From IMG/VR virus record IMGVR_UViG_3300020200_000019: DNA of 64,000 bases, one strand, 5' to 3'. The position numbers and the translations under genes were made by a program. The notes below the pieces were generated by a model. It was not told where the DNA came from, searched no databases, and was given only the letters and a program-made list of their open reading frames with translations. Shown here piece after piece: positions 62,821 to 64,000 of this stretch. The stretch comes from an uncultured virus (IMG/VR IMGVR_UViG_3300020200_000019) (Duplodnaviria; Heunggongvirae; Uroviricota; Caudoviricetes). Each line of letters begins with the position of its first letter. Position 1 is the first letter of the stretch.

Positions 62821-64000
62821 TGCCGAACCCGCTCATCCCCGCGCTCAACCGTGCTCTCTATGTGGGGTACGACTTCGATACCTACGTGGACGATCTGCGA
62901 GCGCGCCTCCAGGTTACGTTCGCCGCCGAGTTCAACGACTTCGCTCTCTCGTCGCTGGGCATCCTGCTCCTCGACCTGATGGCCTACGGGCTGGACACCC
63001 TGAGCTTCTTCCTCGACCGTCGGACCTCGGACAACTACCTGGCGACGGCCCGGACCCGCAAGGCGGTGGCGCGCATCACTCGGCAACTCGGCTACAAGAT
63101 GGGTCCGGCCGTCTCCTCCTCGGGAGACCTGAAGATCTCCCTAGCCTCCCCCCTTGGCTTCGACGTGTCGATGCCAAAGGGCTTTCGGTTCCAGGGACCG
63201 AACAACCTCCTGTTTGAGACCGCGAGGGCCGTCACCTTTCCCGCCAACAGCGTCGCCTTCAAGCTCGTGCCTTGCTACGAGGGGGAGACCTTGATCGAGG
63301 ACTTCGTGTCCGATGGGACGGCCCATCAGGTGCTCGCGCTCCGCCGGGTTCCCGAAGGGAAGTTCGTGGTCCTTGGTTCGGTGAAGGTGACGGTGAACGG
63401 AGCCCCCTTCGTCGAGAACGATTTCCTCACGTTCGAGAAGACCGACCAGTTCGAGGTCGGCTACAACGACGATCCCCCCGCCGTGCGGTTCGGGGACGGG
63501 GTGGTGGGCAACATCCCCACGGCCCAAGCCAGCATCTCCATCGAGTACATCGCGTCCTCGGGAAAGATCGGACAGGTCACGAAGAACACCATCACGGCGG
63601 AGGTGATGCCGCTTGTGGTCAACTTTCAGGCTATCTCCCTGGTCATCACCAACCCCGATCCTGTAGTTGGAGGCGACGACCCGGAGACCATCGAACATGC
63701 CAAGGCGTTTGCAGGTAAGGTCTTCAAGAGCCAGAAGTCGGCAGTCACGCGCGAGGACTATGAGGCTTTGGCCGGGTCCTACGCCGATCCGTTGTTCGGT
63801 CGGGTGGCGGTGGCGAAGGCTCTGGCAACCCGCTCCGCCAGCACAGACATCACCCTCCAGAACGCGGTGAGCGGGGTGAAGGTCGAGGTGGCGAAGCCGG
63901 TTCCGGCGGTGAACACCGGAGCGACGAACGCGACCGGGTACATCACCGGAGCCCAGGCCGACCTTACCGATCTCGGGACGGCGCTCACGAACGCGGCGGT
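62820..64000 (+). CDS. gp6/baseplate J-like wedge protein (runs off the window end)
   Basis: ATG 62820; DFD, FNDF..SSLG..LLDL.AY..D.L.F.LD, YLATA, LGY, FGDG..G..P, GG.D.ET, AVT.EDY. Confidence 0.9.
   Translation, partial: MPNPLIPALNRALYVGYDFDTYVDDLRARLQVTFAAEFNDFALSSLGILLLDLMAYGLDTLSFFLDRRTSDNYLATARTRKAVARITRQLGYKMGPAVSSSGDLKISLASPLGFDVSMPKGFRFQGPNNLLFETARAVTFPANSVAFKLVPCYEGETLIEDFVSDGTAHQVLALRRVPEGKFVVLGSVKVTVNGAPFVENDFLTFEKTDQFEVGYNDDPPAVRFGDGVVGNIPTAQASISIEYIASSGKIGQVTKNTITAEVMPLVVNFQAISLVITNPDPVVGGDDPETIEHAKAFAGKVFKSQKSAVTREDYEALAGSYADPLFGRVAVAKALATRSASTDITLQNAVSGVKVEVAKPVPAVNTGATNATGYITGAQADLTDLGTALTNAA

Noticed and set aside
44560..64000. Extracellular contractile injection system or tailocin (two tubes, LysM, spike, gp25, J)
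   Set aside because: Contiguous with terminase, portal, protease, capsid and replication genes, so it is a phage tail
1..64000. tRNA, rRNA, integrase, reverse transcriptase/DGR and IS elements
   Set aside because: None recognised by eye; intergenic gaps are mostly too short, but a tRNAscan/Infernal run would be needed to exclude small RNAs

Overview
A 64-kb, GC-rich segment of a large contractile-tailed (myovirus-like) bacteriophage or prophage, with essentially all genes on the + strand. Bases 1-28 kb carry replication, recombination and DNA-modification genes: a twin-HTH initiator, a DnaC-like loader, DnaB, DnaG, a gp32-like SSB, an SF2 helicase, RecA, a PD-(D/E)xK resolvase, a Cas4-like nuclease, RuvC, a second SSB, two DNA methyltransferases, a ParB-domain protein and family-A DNA polymerase. 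This half also holds a 1859-aa multidomain protein with a kinase domain and an ADP-ribosyltransferase-like domain. Bases 28-64 kb carry a T4-superfamily virion module (terminase, gp20-like portal, gp21-like protease/scaffold, gp23-like capsid, neck, sheath, two tube genes, tape measure, baseplate) interrupted by a class II ribonucleotide reductase. Inteins sit in the helicase, the polymerase and the terminase. Most notable unexplained signals: (1) a 16-bp parS-like palindrome, GCGACCA-CA-TGGTCGC, at about 11 sites, mostly at gene junctions and one just upstream of the ParB gene; (2) an in-frame UGA followed by a SECIS-like hairpin, a candidate phage selenoprotein; (3) a start-less reading frame reachable by -1 frameshift at the end of a prohead core gene; (4) putative virion-packaged effectors sharing an N-terminal L-x-E / YPxGTVR leader. 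All calls come from reading the sequence by eye; no database search or folding program was run.
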